A stretch of DNA of 39,707 nucleotides, from positions 1 through 39,707 of the IMG/VR virus record IMGVR_UViG_3300031953_000053; one strand, written 5' to 3'. The position numbers were made by a program, and so were the translations under genes. This stretch comes from a virus (taxonomy: Duplodnaviria > Caudoviricetes). The notes beneath the pieces were generated by a model. The model ran no database searches, was not told the origin of the DNA, and saw only the letters and a program-made list of their open reading frames with translations. Positions within the stretch are counted from its first letter, which is position 1. Each line of letters opens with the position of its first letter. Positions 1-9,698 of the stretch are shown here, piece by piece.

Positions 1-39
1 TGGGCCAATTTCCCCCCGTCCTTTTTTCCACGAGAGCAG

Positions 40-339
40 GTGAGTTTCATGGCGAATCCGTTGCGTGCAGTAAAGGATGGTGAAACGTCTGCTCGGCGTA
101 ATCCGGTGACGATTGAGGAGGCTGCTGAGCGCGATGATGATGTTTGGCAGTTGAAGCTGGCGCGCCGGGTTATTGCGCGGAAGTTGGATGATCCGAATTG
201 TCCTGCTCGGGATATGGCGTCGTTGTCGATTCGGTTGATGCAGTTGAGTAAAGAGATTTCGGTGCTTGAGGCTCGTGCGAAGGAAGAGGGGGAACGTGCC
301 CCAGTCAGTGATGAAACCTTCGATGCGGAAGCCATCTAG
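40..339 (+). CDS. terS: terminase small subunit
   Basis: First ORF, overlaps terL; short helical protein with LDDPNCPARDMASLS-type segment typical of actinophage small terminases. Confidence 0.7.
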   Translation: MSFMANPLRAVKDGETSARRNPVTIEEAAERDDDVWQLKLARRVIARKLDDPNCPARDMASLSIRLMQLSKEISVLEARAKEEGERAPVSDETFDAEAI

Positions 340-1882
340 GTCGACGCGGAAGCTTAGCGATGTTGCCCGGCATGTGATTATCCCTTCGGAGATTGTCACG
401 TCGGGTTGGGCGCCGGTTGAGGCTCGCTGTGTCGAGTTCGGTGATGAGTTTGATGAGTGGCAGCGTGGTGCTGGTCAGGTGATTCTTGGCAAGCGGGAGA
501 ATGGGGAGTATGCGGCTACGGTCGGCGGGATTACGTTGAGTATTCCGCGTCAGGTGGCGAAGACGTTTTTGGTTCTTCGTATTGTGGTGGCCTTGTGCAC
601 ACTGTTTCCAAATTTGACTGTTCTGTGGTCGGCGCATAGGACTCGTACGGCGTCTAAGACGTTTGGTACTTTGCGCGGGTTGGTTGCCCGTAAGTCGGTC
701 GCTCCGTATGTGAAGTCAGTTCGGGCGACTAATGGTGAGCAGGAAGTTGTTTTCACTAACGGGTCTGTGATTATGTTTGGTGCTCGGGAGCAGGGCTTCG
801 GTCGTGGTTTCGATGAGGTTGATATTGAAGTTTTTGATGAGGCGCAGATCCTGACGGAGAAGGCGCTTGAGGATATGGTTGCGGCCACTAACCAGTCTCG
901 GTTTCCTGCTGGTGCGCTTCTGTTTTTTATGGGTACTCCGCCGCGTCCGGTTGATCCTTCTGAGGCGTTTAAGATGCGCCGGCGTGAGTCGTTGGAGGTT
1001 GAGGCTGCGGTTGCGCGTGGTGAAGAGGTTGAGTCGGATGCTGTCTATATTGAGTGTTCTGCTGACCCGGATGCGAAGCCGGATGATCGGGAGCAGTGGG
1101 CGGTAGCGAATCCGTCTTACCCGCATCGGACGCCGTTGAGGTCGATGCTGCGGTTGCGTAAGAATTTGCCGGGTGATGCGTCGTGGATGCGTGAGGCTTT
1201 GGGTGTTTGGGATTCTGACCAGGAAGGGTCGCGCGCGATTTCCGAATCCGAGTGGTCGGTTACAGGGATTGTTGAGGCACCTTCTGAGGGTGTCCGCTCG
1301 TTTGCTGTGGCTTTCTCATTCGACGGCACACGTCTGGCCTTATCGGGTGGGTTGAAGCATGACGATGGTATCCATGTGGAACTGATTGATGCAGCCGAAG
1401 GTGATATAGCTTCTGGCCTTTCTGCTCTGGCCGATTGGTTGGCTGAGCGGTGGCGAAATGTCGCTGTGATCGTCCTGTCGGGTGCTGCTGGTGCGCCAGT
1501 TTTGGCACAGTTGTTGAAGGATCGACACGTGCCAGATCCGGTTGTGAAGATTGTAAACACACCGGAATATACGCAGTCGTGTTCGATGCTTTTGGATGCT
1601 GTGCGTGAGTCTGCTGCTGTTGTGGGTCGGAACGTGGCGGCTGATTCTGGTGAGTCGGTGCCGTTCACTCATCTGGTATCCGAGGGGCAGGCACAGCTCG
1701 ATAGCTCGGTGGGCGTGTGTGACAAGAAGAATCGTGGGCTTTCAGGGGCATGGGCGTGGGCTGCAACCACTCCTGATGGCGACGAGACGCCTATTGAATC
1801 AATAAGTTTGGCCTATTGGGCCGCGAAGACAACGAGACGGAAGCCGCGAGGCGATCGTGAACGGAGGGCAGTATTTCTATGA
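311..1882 (+). CDS. terL: terminase large subunit
   Basis: Walker A-like PRQVAKT, Walker B EVFDEAQ, coupling motif MGTP, ANPS, C-terminal nuclease region; start uncertain (266/311/323). Confidence 0.93.
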   Translation: MKPSMRKPSRSTRKLSDVARHVIIPSEIVTSGWAPVEARCVEFGDEFDEWQRGAGQVILGKRENGEYAATVGGITLSIPRQVAKTFLVLRIVVALCTLFPNLTVLWSAHRTRTASKTFGTLRGLVARKSVAPYVKSVRATNGEQEVVFTNGSVIMFGAREQGFGRGFDEVDIEVFDEAQILTEKALEDMVAATNQSRFPAGALLFFMGTPPRPVDPSEAFKMRRRESLEVEAAVARGEEVESDAVYIECSADPDAKPDDREQWAVANPSYPHRTPLRSMLRLRKNLPGDASWMREALGVWDSDQEGSRAISESEWSVTGIVEAPSEGVRSFAVAFSFDGTRLALSGGLKHDDGIHVELIDAAEGDIASGLSALADWLAERWRNVAVIVLSGAAGAPVLAQLLKDRHVPDPVVKIVNTPEYTQSCSMLLDAVRESAAVVGRNVAADSGESVPFTHLVSEGQAQLDSSVGVCDKKNRGLSGAWAWAATTPDGDETPIESISLAYWAAKTTRRKPRGDRERRAVFL

Positions 1883-3303
1883 GCGATACGTCTATGATGC
1901 TTGCCAATACTGCTGTGCCGAACGTGGGGATTACCGGGCCTGATAGTGATCTGTTCGCGCAACTGTTCTCGACGTGGGCGCAGAAGCGTCGCAGGAGCAT
2001 GCTTCGCACGGTTTATTATGAGGGCAAGAATGCGCTGAAAGATTTTGGTATTGCGGTTCCGCCACAAATGCAGAAGGCGTTTACGCCGTTGCAGTGGATT
2101 GCGAAGGGTGTTCATGCGCTGACGGATCGGTCTCAGTTCGAGGGGTTCGTTTCCGGTACGGGCTCTGATGACCCTTTCGGGCTGTCCACAATTGTGGATG
2201 CGAACGATTTCGAGACTGAGTTTCCTTTGGCGGTCACGAGCTCGGCAATTCATGCGTGCTCGTTTCTGACTGTTTCTGAGGGTGATGTCCAGTCTGGTGA
2301 GCCAGAAGTTTTGGTGCTTGCTCGTGCTGCGGATGCGTCTGCGGCGGTGTGGGATCGTCGGCGTCGAATGATAGCTGGTTTCTTGTCGGTCATTGAATCT
2401 GACATGACCGGACCTACCGAATTGGTGATGTATACCCCTGAGTTGGTGTATTCAATCTCACGATCTGGCGGGAGGTGGACGGTTTCGACCATTCCGAACC
2501 GGCTTGGTGAAGTGTCGGTGGCCAGACTTGTGTATAAGCCGGAGCTGAATCGCCCGTTTGGGCATTCACGGATCACCCGCACAGGGATGGGTCTCACGGA
2601 TGCTGCTGTGCGCACTGTGCTGCGGTCGGAAGTTTCTGCCGAGTTTTATGCTGCCGATAAGTTTTGGCTGTTTGGTGCGGACGTGACGAAGTTTGTTAGT
2701 GACGATAAATGGTCTGCGGTGATGGGTCGCATGAATGCGATCGACCAGGAGCCGGGCGAAGAGATCAAGGTTCAGCGGTTCTCTGGGGCATCTCCGCAAC
2801 CGCATATTGACCAGTTGCGGATGCTCACCTCCCTCTTCGCTGATGACCAGTCTTTGGATGTGAAGTGGGCGGACGCCTCGAATCCCTCCTCAGCTGACGC
2901 AATTTATGCTGCGAAGGAGGAATTGATCATGGACACACGGAACTCTAATCGGGTGTGGGGTCGCGGGTCGGTGAAGGCGATGCAGCTCGCAGTGCGTCTC
3001 CGCGACGGGCTTGATGTTGTGCCGGATGAGTTGCGGTCGTTGCAGGCCAGGTTTACTGATCCGGCGATTGTATCGCCGTCAGCTCGGTCGAATGCGTTCA
3101 CACAACTTGCCTCGTCGATTCCTGGATTTGGTGAGTCTGAGGTCGGGATGGAGTATGCGGGTTTGAGTCGTGAGCAAATTATTCGGTTTCAGGCAGAACA
3201 GCGTCGTACTGGCGCATCGTCACGGATTCAGCAGCTGGTTGATGCGGCACGTGCCGCTCGGCCTGCTGAAGTCGTTCCGGATACCCCAGCGGTCACGGCC
3301 TAG
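1879..3303 (+). CDS. portal protein
   Basis: 474 aa after terL with ATGA overlap; YYEG, RPFGHSRI and NPSSADAI motifs of SPP1-gp6-like actinophage portals. Confidence 0.9.
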   Translation: MSDTSMMLANTAVPNVGITGPDSDLFAQLFSTWAQKRRRSMLRTVYYEGKNALKDFGIAVPPQMQKAFTPLQWIAKGVHALTDRSQFEGFVSGTGSDDPFGLSTIVDANDFETEFPLAVTSSAIHACSFLTVSEGDVQSGEPEVLVLARAADASAAVWDRRRRMIAGFLSVIESDMTGPTELVMYTPELVYSISRSGGRWTVSTIPNRLGEVSVARLVYKPELNRPFGHSRITRTGMGLTDAAVRTVLRSEVSAEFYAADKFWLFGADVTKFVSDDKWSAVMGRMNAIDQEPGEEIKVQRFSGASPQPHIDQLRMLTSLFADDQSLDVKWADASNPSSADAIYAAKEELIMDTRNSNRVWGRGSVKAMQLAVRLRDGLDVVPDELRSLQARFTDPAIVSPSARSNAFTQLASSIPGFGESEVGMEYAGLSREQIIRFQAEQRRTGASSRIQQLVDAARAARPAEVVPDTPAVTA

Positions 3304-3306
3304 CTG

Positions 3307-4110
3307 GTGGCGTCGTCGGCGCAGGTATCGGAGATCCGCCAGGCCAGCGGCCAGTTGGTGACACTCGCAGGGAAAGAGCTTGACAGTTTCTGGAAGGCAC
3401 TATTTCAGTCGATGTCGCCAACTGATTTCCGCGACGAGCTGCTGAAATTTTATCCCGATCTGATTACTACCTATGGTGACACTGCGGGGGTTCTGGGGGC
3501 GGACTGGTACGACCAAGTGCGGGCGGCAAAAGGGCAGGGTGTCACTGCGGCACAGTTTCGGGCCATCATCGCAATGCCAACTCCAGACGAGCAGTCGATT
3601 CGTACGGCGAAGTGGGCGTTAGGTCCGTACTTTGATGAGCAAGCCGACTCGGCACTGTCCCTGTCCCGTTTGCAGGGTTCGATGCAACGTTTGGTGATGC
3701 AACCATTCCGGGATTCGATTTGGTACTCTGCTGCGTCTGACCCGGTTCGCACTGGTGTGTTGCGGAAACCAACCGGGCTAACGACATGCAAATTTTGTAT
3801 CAAGTTGGCTTCCCGTGGGCCGGTGTATTCGTACACGGCATCTGGTGGCACCACGGCGGGCGGGGTTGTGGGTCGCGGCTCTACGAGGACAGGATTTGAC
3901 GCTGCTGGTAATCGTCTCTCTGGTGGCATCGGCGGTGGCATCAAGACGCGCGGTACCCAGCCGCCCGGGAACAGATTTCACGATGACTGCGATTGCGAGT
4001 CTGTAATTATCCAATCCCAGGCAGATTATCCGGCAGATTACGACCAGAAAGCCTATGAGCGCCTGTATCAGCAGGGCTCCGGTGTGGGTCGGGATATTCC
4101 CACTGATTGA
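3307..4110 (+). CDS. capsid maturation protease / MuF-like minor head protein
   Basis: After portal; CKFCIKLASRG and FHDDCDC motifs. Confidence 0.75.
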   Translation: MASSAQVSEIRQASGQLVTLAGKELDSFWKALFQSMSPTDFRDELLKFYPDLITTYGDTAGVLGADWYDQVRAAKGQGVTAAQFRAIIAMPTPDEQSIRTAKWALGPYFDEQADSALSLSRLQGSMQRLVMQPFRDSIWYSAASDPVRTGVLRKPTGLTTCKFCIKLASRGPVYSYTASGGTTAGGVVGRGSTRTGFDAAGNRLSGGIGGGIKTRGTQPPGNRFHDDCDCESVIIQSQADYPADYDQKAYERLYQQGSGVGRDIPTD

Positions 4111-4173
4111 TCTTCCCCGTTCGCGAGGTTCGGGGTTCGCGCGGCGCGACTGCCGCTTTCACATGGAGGACGC

Positions 4174-4668
4174 ATGTCTACACAAACACCTGTCACTGAA
4201 GTACCGGTCGAAGTACCGAAGCCCGCTGCACCGAAAACGGACGCGACGTCTGAGACGGAACCGCTGGGCGAGGCTGGTATCGCTGCTCTGAAGTCTGAGC
4301 GGGAAGCACGGAAGGTTGCTGAAAAAGCGACCGATGACGCTCTCGCGAGGATCAAGGGCTTTGAGGACCGTGATAAGTCGGAGACGCAGAAGCAGGCCGA
4401 CCGGCTGGCTGAGTTCGAGCGCGAAAACGCTGAACTGAAGTCCGCAAAGACACGCGCCGAAGTGGCCGCAGCAAAGGGGGTTCCAGCCGCACTGCTCACG
4501 GGCAGCACGCAGGAAGAACTCGAAGCGGCGGCGGATGCGCTCATCACATTTAGGGGAGAAACGCAGCCACAAAAGCTGCACATCCCCAACGAAGGCAAAT
4601 CACCAACCACCGCGACGGGACCGGCAACAGAATTTGCTGAGTTCCTGACCGATCAACTCGGGCATTAG
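4174..4668 (+). CDS. head scaffolding protein
   Basis: GGAGG RBS; charged coiled coil (LGEAGIAALKSER...) directly before capsid gene. Confidence 0.85.
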   Translation: MSTQTPVTEVPVEVPKPAAPKTDATSETEPLGEAGIAALKSEREARKVAEKATDDALARIKGFEDRDKSETQKQADRLAEFERENAELKSAKTRAEVAAAKGVPAALLTGSTQEELEAAADALITFRGETQPQKLHIPNEGKSPTTATGPATEFAEFLTDQLGH

Positions 4669-4689
4669 CCCACAAACCAAGGAGTCATC

Positions 4690-5889
4690 ATGGCAACAAA
4701 TCTTAGTAACGTCCCGGCAGGACTTCTGCCCGCGACGATCGCATCACCAATTTTCGATAAGGCGTATGAACTTTCCGCAGTGCAGCAAAATGCACGGCGC
4801 GTTCCGCTGTCTCTTTCCGCGAACACCTCCGTGCCCGTTTCGATGGATATCCCTGCCGCTGGTTGGGTAGGTGAGGGTGGTGTGAAGCCGACCGGTTCAA
4901 GTGCGGTCGGAATCAAACAGATGCAGGGCAAGAAAGTTGCACTTCTCGTTCCCGTGTCGGAAGAGATTGCACGCACCAACCCTGCCGGTCTTTATGACCA
5001 GTTGCAGCAGGATCTTCCTATCGCGATTGCACGGTCATTCGACTATGCAGCAATTCATGGTCTCGACCTGCGTACTGGTGGGGCCGGTCCGTTCGCGGAT
5101 TACCTCAAGCAGGGCGCAACGTCGGTTGAGCTGGGAACGGCATCGGCGGCGAACGGTGGAATGTATGCTGACCTGGTTTCTGGTGAGAAGGCTGTCACCG
5201 ATGCTGGGTTCGACTTCACTGGGTTCGCGGGCGATCCGCGTCTCAAGCCGACCCTGAAGATGAACTTTGATACGACCGGGCGTCCTCTGTGGGATAACGT
5301 GACGAACACCCTTATCGGGTACCCGGCCGCGTACAACCGTGGAGTATCTGGTGTTTACCGCAACAGCGGTAACCGTGTTCAGGTGGCAACGATCACTGGT
5401 GGCCCAACGGGTGGCACGTTCACCCTCACAGGTAATGGTGCAACCACAACGGCGATCGCGTACAACGCGACTGCTGCAACAGTGCAGGCAGCAGTTCGTC
5501 TGCTTGAAGGATCATTCACCACCATCGCGGTGGCTGGTTCTGCTGGTGGGCCGTACACGTTCACGCTTGCTGCAGATGTTGCGGCACCTGCACCGCTCAC
5601 CGCAACCGGTTCACTGACCGGCGGTACTTCGCCGGCGATTGCTGTTGCCGCAACAGCACCAACCGACACGAACCTTCGCGCACTTGGTGGCGACTGGTCA
5701 CAGGCGGCATGGGGTTCGGGTATGGACATCACCATCAAGGTGTCCGACTCCGCCTCCTACGTTGACGAGGCCGGAACAACTCACTCGGCGTTCCAGGAGA
5801 ATTTAGTTCTGCTCTTGGTCGAAGCGCATTACGGCTTCGTAAAGTCGGACGCAAGTGACGCTTGGGTTGCGTACGTAGACGCGAACTAA
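4690..5889 (+). CDS. major capsid protein (HK97 fold) with internal inserted domain
   Basis: AAGGAG RBS; AGWVGEG, KKVA.LVPVSEE, GDWSQ, FQENLV motifs; Ala/Gly/Thr-rich insertion at about aa 229-325. Confidence 0.92.
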   Translation: MATNLSNVPAGLLPATIASPIFDKAYELSAVQQNARRVPLSLSANTSVPVSMDIPAAGWVGEGGVKPTGSSAVGIKQMQGKKVALLVPVSEEIARTNPAGLYDQLQQDLPIAIARSFDYAAIHGLDLRTGGAGPFADYLKQGATSVELGTASAANGGMYADLVSGEKAVTDAGFDFTGFAGDPRLKPTLKMNFDTTGRPLWDNVTNTLIGYPAAYNRGVSGVYRNSGNRVQVATITGGPTGGTFTLTGNGATTTAIAYNATAATVQAAVRLLEGSFTTIAVAGSAGGPYTFTLAADVAAPAPLTATGSLTGGTSPAIAVAATAPTDTNLRALGGDWSQAAWGSGMDITIKVSDSASYVDEAGTTHSAFQENLVLLLVEAHYGFVKSDASDAWVAYVDAN

Positions 5890-5894
5890 CCGAT

Positions 5895-5928
5895 TGGAGG
5901 GGCAGCATCTTCTAGTGCTGTCCCTCCA
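5895..5928 (+). terminator. stem-loop after capsid gene
   Basis: TGGAGGGGCAGCA / TGCTGTCCCTCCA inverted repeat; no strong U tract. Confidence 0.55.
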
Positions 5929-5958
5929 TCCCTGACCTATCTACACGAAGGAGGCATC

Positions 5959-6405
5959 ATGGCATCATGGGCTGCACCGTCTGATGTGACGGGCGCGTGG
6001 ATTGGTGAAGGAGTACCTACCGATACCACCCAGATTCAGACTTGGATTTCGAAGGCCGAACGGGAAATCAAATACCGTGTGGCAGACGTCCAGACCCGCA
6101 TCACTGCGGAGGGAGCAGAAACACCGGCACGCACCGACCTGCTAGAGACTGCGGTCGATGTTGTGGTGGCAATGGTCACCCGCGTCTTCCGCAACCCGGA
6201 GGAAATCCGTCAAACAAACGTCACCACTGGACCCTATACGGCATCGAAAACGTATGGTGGGGATCAGCCTGGTGGGCTGGGGATCACTGAGAATGAGTTG
6301 GCGAAATTGCAGGGCACGCAGGTGTCTGGTGCATTCACCGTTGACATGATCCCTACAACTTCACCGTTCTCTTCGTCGTATGTTGCACCCTCTGCGTGGG
6401 TGTGA
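5959..6405 (+). CDS. head-to-tail adaptor
   Basis: GAAGGAGG RBS; VVVAMVTRVFRNPE...TTGPY motif. Confidence 0.85.
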   Translation: MASWAAPSDVTGAWIGEGVPTDTTQIQTWISKAEREIKYRVADVQTRITAEGAETPARTDLLETAVDVVVAMVTRVFRNPEEIRQTNVTTGPYTASKTYGGDQPGGLGITENELAKLQGTQVSGAFTVDMIPTTSPFSSSYVAPSAWV

Positions 6406-6407
6406 TT

Positions 6408-6743
6408 ATGCGCCGCATTAGCGAGACCGTGCAGCACGAGGTTTATGGTGGCACTGGTGAGGATGCGCACGGCAACGAGATCGAAACATGGGCGGCACCC
6501 GTCGCCCTCGGAATCTATGCGTACGACCCTGGGGGCACGTCTGAGCCTGTGATTCCTGGTTATGACCGGGTGGTCACCACACCAACGATTTACGTCCCGT
6601 CAGTGTCGATTCTGGTTCCCCGTGACCGTGTGACGGTGCGTGGGAAACTGTTCGAGGTTGATGGTGACACGTCCGATTTCCGTAACCCGTACGACGAGAC
6701 CATGAACGGTAACTCAATCAACCTGAAGGCGGTGAGCGGCTGA
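6408..6743 (+). CDS. head-to-tail stopper
   Basis: Synteny; DAHGN and DRVTVRG..FEVDG motifs. Confidence 0.8.
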   Translation: MRRISETVQHEVYGGTGEDAHGNEIETWAAPVALGIYAYDPGGTSEPVIPGYDRVVTTPTIYVPSVSILVPRDRVTVRGKLFEVDGDTSDFRNPYDETMNGNSINLKAVSG

Positions 6744-6988
6744 TGGCTGATGTAAAAGTCAAATTGAGCCTCAAGGGTCTGAACATTTTGATGAAGTCTG
6801 CCCCGGTGCAGTCTGAGGTTGCCCGGCGTGCGCAGCGGATCGCGGCAGAGGCTGGTGACGGCTTCGAGTCTGTGGTGAGCCCGGCCAAATATGTGGCTCG
6901 CGCGTTCGTGCGCACGAAAGATGCGACCGGGCGCAAGCGTCAGGCGGAGGAAGCTGTGCTTGAGCGTTCTATGGATGCGGGCCGATGA
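6743..6988 (+). CDS. neck/tail completion protein
   Basis: Small basic protein between stopper and tail terminator; overlapping stop/start. Confidence 0.6.
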   Translation: MADVKVKLSLKGLNILMKSAPVQSEVARRAQRIAAEAGDGFESVVSPAKYVARAFVRTKDATGRKRQAEEAVLERSMDAGR

Positions 6989-7353
6989 GTTTTCCAGATA
7001 CAGAGTCAATGGTGCGCACATTCCTACTGCCCTACGCTTCCCCCTCAAAAGTTGTGACGATGGTTCCTGCGGTACGACCGACCCGGTTTGTGCGGGCATT
7101 TCGTACTGGCGGTGCTGCGGAGAATCGTGTGCTTGAGCGGGCACAGATCACTGTGCAGGGGTGGGATGAGGACACTGTTGGTGCTTTCAACCTCACTAGT
7201 GCGTGTCGTGAAGCGCTCCTCAGCAATCACACACAGATGCCTCTTGTTCGCGGTGTGAGCGAGGTCGGCGGCCTTCATTTTGATCCAGACCCGGATACCG
7301 GGATTCCCCGCTATACATTCACCATTCAACTGATGGTGCGTGCGGCCCGCTAG
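6985..7353 (+). CDS. tail terminator
   Basis: Synteny before major tail; RTGG and PDPDTGIPRY motifs. Confidence 0.8.
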   Translation: MSFPDTESMVRTFLLPYASPSKVVTMVPAVRPTRFVRAFRTGGAAENRVLERAQITVQGWDEDTVGAFNLTSACREALLSNHTQMPLVRGVSEVGGLHFDPDPDTGIPRYTFTIQLMVRAAR

Positions 7354-7378
7354 ACCAATTCTAAGACAGCCCGGAAAC

Positions 7379-7457
7379 CCCGAGGCGGGCGCTCGATTAC
7401 CTCGGGAACTAACCGAAAACCAACTATGAAACCCCTGCCGGGAACGGTGGGGGTTTC
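7379..7457 (+). promoter_or_regulatory. two tandem hairpins upstream of the major tail gene
   Basis: CCCGAGG/CCTCGGG stem followed by CTAACC, then GAAACCCC..GGGGTTTC stem. Confidence 0.5.
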
Positions 7458-7476
7458 GTCATGAAAGGGGTCCCAA

Positions 7477-8307
7477 GTGACCACGAATGCAAGTAATGCG
7501 CGGATCTTCGGCTCCGACAGTGACAGTATCTTCCTGGCCCCGATTGGCACTGCAGTGCCGACTACTATCAATGGGGCTCTCGATCCTGCATTTGAGGATG
7601 TGGGGTGGATACACGAGGACGGCATCACCGAAACGTTCACCGGCTCCAAATCAGAAATTCGTGGGTACCAGGGCGCACGTGTTGTGCGTACCAGAATTGA
7701 TACACCCGGTACCACGATCGGGTTCCATGCGCTTGAGTCGAAGACTCAAACGAAGGCACTCCGATACGACGAGAAGAGTTCATCGACAACGGCTGGCATT
7801 AGGACTGTCACTCGTGGTGCAGGTCAGAAGGTTCAGGCTCGTGTTGCGGTGATCGACATTTATGATGCTGACGATGTGACCGTCAAGGAGCGCCATGTCA
7901 TCGAACGGTTTGAAATTGTCCCGGATGGTAACCGAGTTTATACCGGAACCGACATTGCAGGGTTCCCGTTCCTGGGCGAGATCATTGGTGATTACACCTC
8001 ATATGAGTCCACCGCTGCGACTTCGTTGGGTGCAATCTGGAACGTCACCATTTCGGGTACGCCAACGGGTGGTACATACACGCTCACAGTCAATGGTGCG
8101 ACCACGGCGGCGATCGCGTACAACGCTCTCGCGGCTGCTGTTGCTTCTGCGCTGAACGCCCTGTCTGGTGTTACCGGGCTGTCTGGGATCACCGCTACGG
8201 GTACTGGACCGATCGTGGTCACCTTCCCGTCCGCGGTGACGTTGACTGCGAATGGTGCGAGCCTCACCGGTGGTACTACACCGGATGCGACGGTCGCACT
8301 GCCGTAG
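7477..8307 (+). CDS. major tail (tube) protein with C-terminal accessory domain
   Basis: LAPIGT..P and FEDVGWIHEDGITE motifs; C-terminal ~90 aa similar to the capsid insertion. Confidence 0.9.
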   Translation: MTTNASNARIFGSDSDSIFLAPIGTAVPTTINGALDPAFEDVGWIHEDGITETFTGSKSEIRGYQGARVVRTRIDTPGTTIGFHALESKTQTKALRYDEKSSSTTAGIRTVTRGAGQKVQARVAVIDIYDADDVTVKERHVIERFEIVPDGNRVYTGTDIAGFPFLGEIIGDYTSYESTAATSLGAIWNVTISGTPTGGTYTLTVNGATTAAIAYNALAAAVASALNALSGVTGLSGITATGTGPIVVTFPSAVTLTANGASLTGGTTPDATVALP

Positions 8308-8315
8308 CGAAAGTT

Positions 8316-8364
8316 AGTGGGCAGGGAATTGCGGTGGCGCTCGCCCTGCCCACTATTCGTTTTG
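8316..8364 (+). terminator. stem-loop after major tail gene
   Basis: TAGTGGGCAGGG / CCCTGCCCACTA 12-bp stem followed by TTCGTTTT. Confidence 0.6.
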
Positions 8365-8396
8365 AACGCCACCACACAAAATAGGAGAAGCCACCA

Positions 8397-8765
8397 ATGA
8401 GTGAAATCAAACAGCCACAGGATCATCTTACGAAAGTCGAGAAGGCAAAAGTCGAGACCGTTGAAGTCACCGTCGGGGAGGGTGACGCTGAGCGCACTGT
8501 CCCGGCGAAACGCACCATCATTCGGGGCATTACCGTCACCGTTCTAGACGAGGCGATTGATGACTTCGAGTTGCTCGATGATCTGCGTGCGGTTGACGTT
8601 GACGGGAATGCCGCCCATCTCCCTGCCCTGCTGCGTCGCCTTGTCGGCGATGAATACAAAACGGTGATGGATGGCCTTCGAGACAAAGATACCGGGCGCG
8701 TGTCCATCGAATCTGGGTCTATGTTCGTCAAGGAGATTTTCGGGGCTCTCAACCCAAATTCCTGA
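8397..8765 (+). CDS. tail assembly chaperone (gpG-like)
   Basis: After major tail gene; DDFELLDDL motif; ends at slippery site. Confidence 0.85.
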   Translation: MSEIKQPQDHLTKVEKAKVETVEVTVGEGDAERTVPAKRTIIRGITVTVLDEAIDDFELLDDLRAVDVDGNAAHLPALLRRLVGDEYKTVMDGLRDKDTGRVSIESGSMFVKEIFGALNPNS

Positions 8766-9148
8766 CGCTGGCAGATGCCCTCCATAACCATCGGGGGGCG
8801 CTGTCAGCGTCACTACTAGCCGAGTATGGTATTCGGCTACAACACCACGAGCTAACCCTTGTTGAGCTTGCGGATGCTGTGCAGTGGTTGCCCTATGGTT
8901 GCCCGTTGTGGCGGTCTATGGGTGGCCCGCTCGCATGGTCGGATGAGGTTCATATGCTCGTCGCGGTGGAGTTTCGGTTGCGGCGTCTTGAGTGGATTCA
9001 GACGAAGGACGCGCCGAGTGGGAAGAATGCGCCGAAGGCACTCACCCCGCCCCCGTATGCGCATGAGAAGGATATTGCGGCAGCTAAGACGGGTGTGCGT
9101 GCGGACGCGTGGAAGCGTAGGCAGGCGCGACGTTCAGCGGTTGGCTAG
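8397..9148 (+). CDS. tail assembly chaperone frameshift product (gpGT-like), -1 frameshift at CCCAAAT 8753-8759
   Basis: C CCA AAT fits X XXY YYZ; the -1 frame is open from 8753 and in frame with ORF 8879-9148. Confidence 0.8.
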
Positions 9149-9149
9149 C

Positions 9150-9518
9150 TCAACGGTTGTGGTTTGAATCCCTGCCGGAGAGATCACGCACAACGACCGT
9201 TGTCAGCTCGTCATTCCGCATCGCACCCATGTTGAACATGTGGCGTGCGATTTCCTTACGGCCATCGTCCGTTAGGTTGTCCTGCACGTTGACACGGATT
9301 GTCCCGGGGGACACGTCTTCAACTTCTGTCACGACGAACAGCGGACTGCTGCTAGTTATCCCGTCTGGGAAGTTATCTTCGACCTGACTCCATACCGTTT
9401 CGGCGAGAGAAACCTCTGCTATTGCATCTGGTGTGGGTTCTGAGTCGCTGCTGCATCCAGTGAGTCCGATCATGGCCGCGATCGTGGCGGCTACTACTAA
9501 TTTCTGAATTCTATTCAT
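9150..9518 (-). CDS. lipoprotein (candidate superinfection exclusion)
   Basis: GGAGG RBS; MNRIQK, hydrophobic stretch and lipobox LTG-C; function inferred. Confidence 0.75.
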   Translation of the reverse strand: MNRIQKLVVAATIAAMIGLTGCSSDSEPTPDAIAEVSLAETVWSQVEDNFPDGITSSSPLFVVTEVEDVSPGTIRVNVQDNLTDDGRKEIARHMFNMGAMRNDELTTVVVRDLSGRDSNHNR

Positions 9519-9691
9519 GTCTGGTTCCTCCTGTGTGTGTTGTTGATCTTGATGACTCCGGCTCTGCTCATTCGAGCCGCTTCTGCTATCTGCTCCCATG
9601 TCGCGCCATCTTCCCGTGCCTGCTCGATGAGGTCTGGCCGCGTAGCGACGTCATCCGCGATCTGGCGAAGCTTAGCGAGTGATTTCAACAT
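9515..9691 (-). CDS. small helix-turn-helix protein
   Basis: AREDGATWEQIAEAARMSRAGV HTH; ATGA-coupled to the lipoprotein. Confidence 0.7.
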   Translation of the reverse strand: MLKSLAKLRQIADDVATRPDLIEQAREDGATWEQIAEAARMSRAGVIKINNTHRRNQT

Positions 9692-9698
9692 ACTGGAC

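Noticed and set aside
5377-8304. Diversity-generating retroelement TR/VR pair for the capsid/tail repeat
   Set aside because: No reverse transcriptase gene; differences are not adenine-specific and both copies are coding
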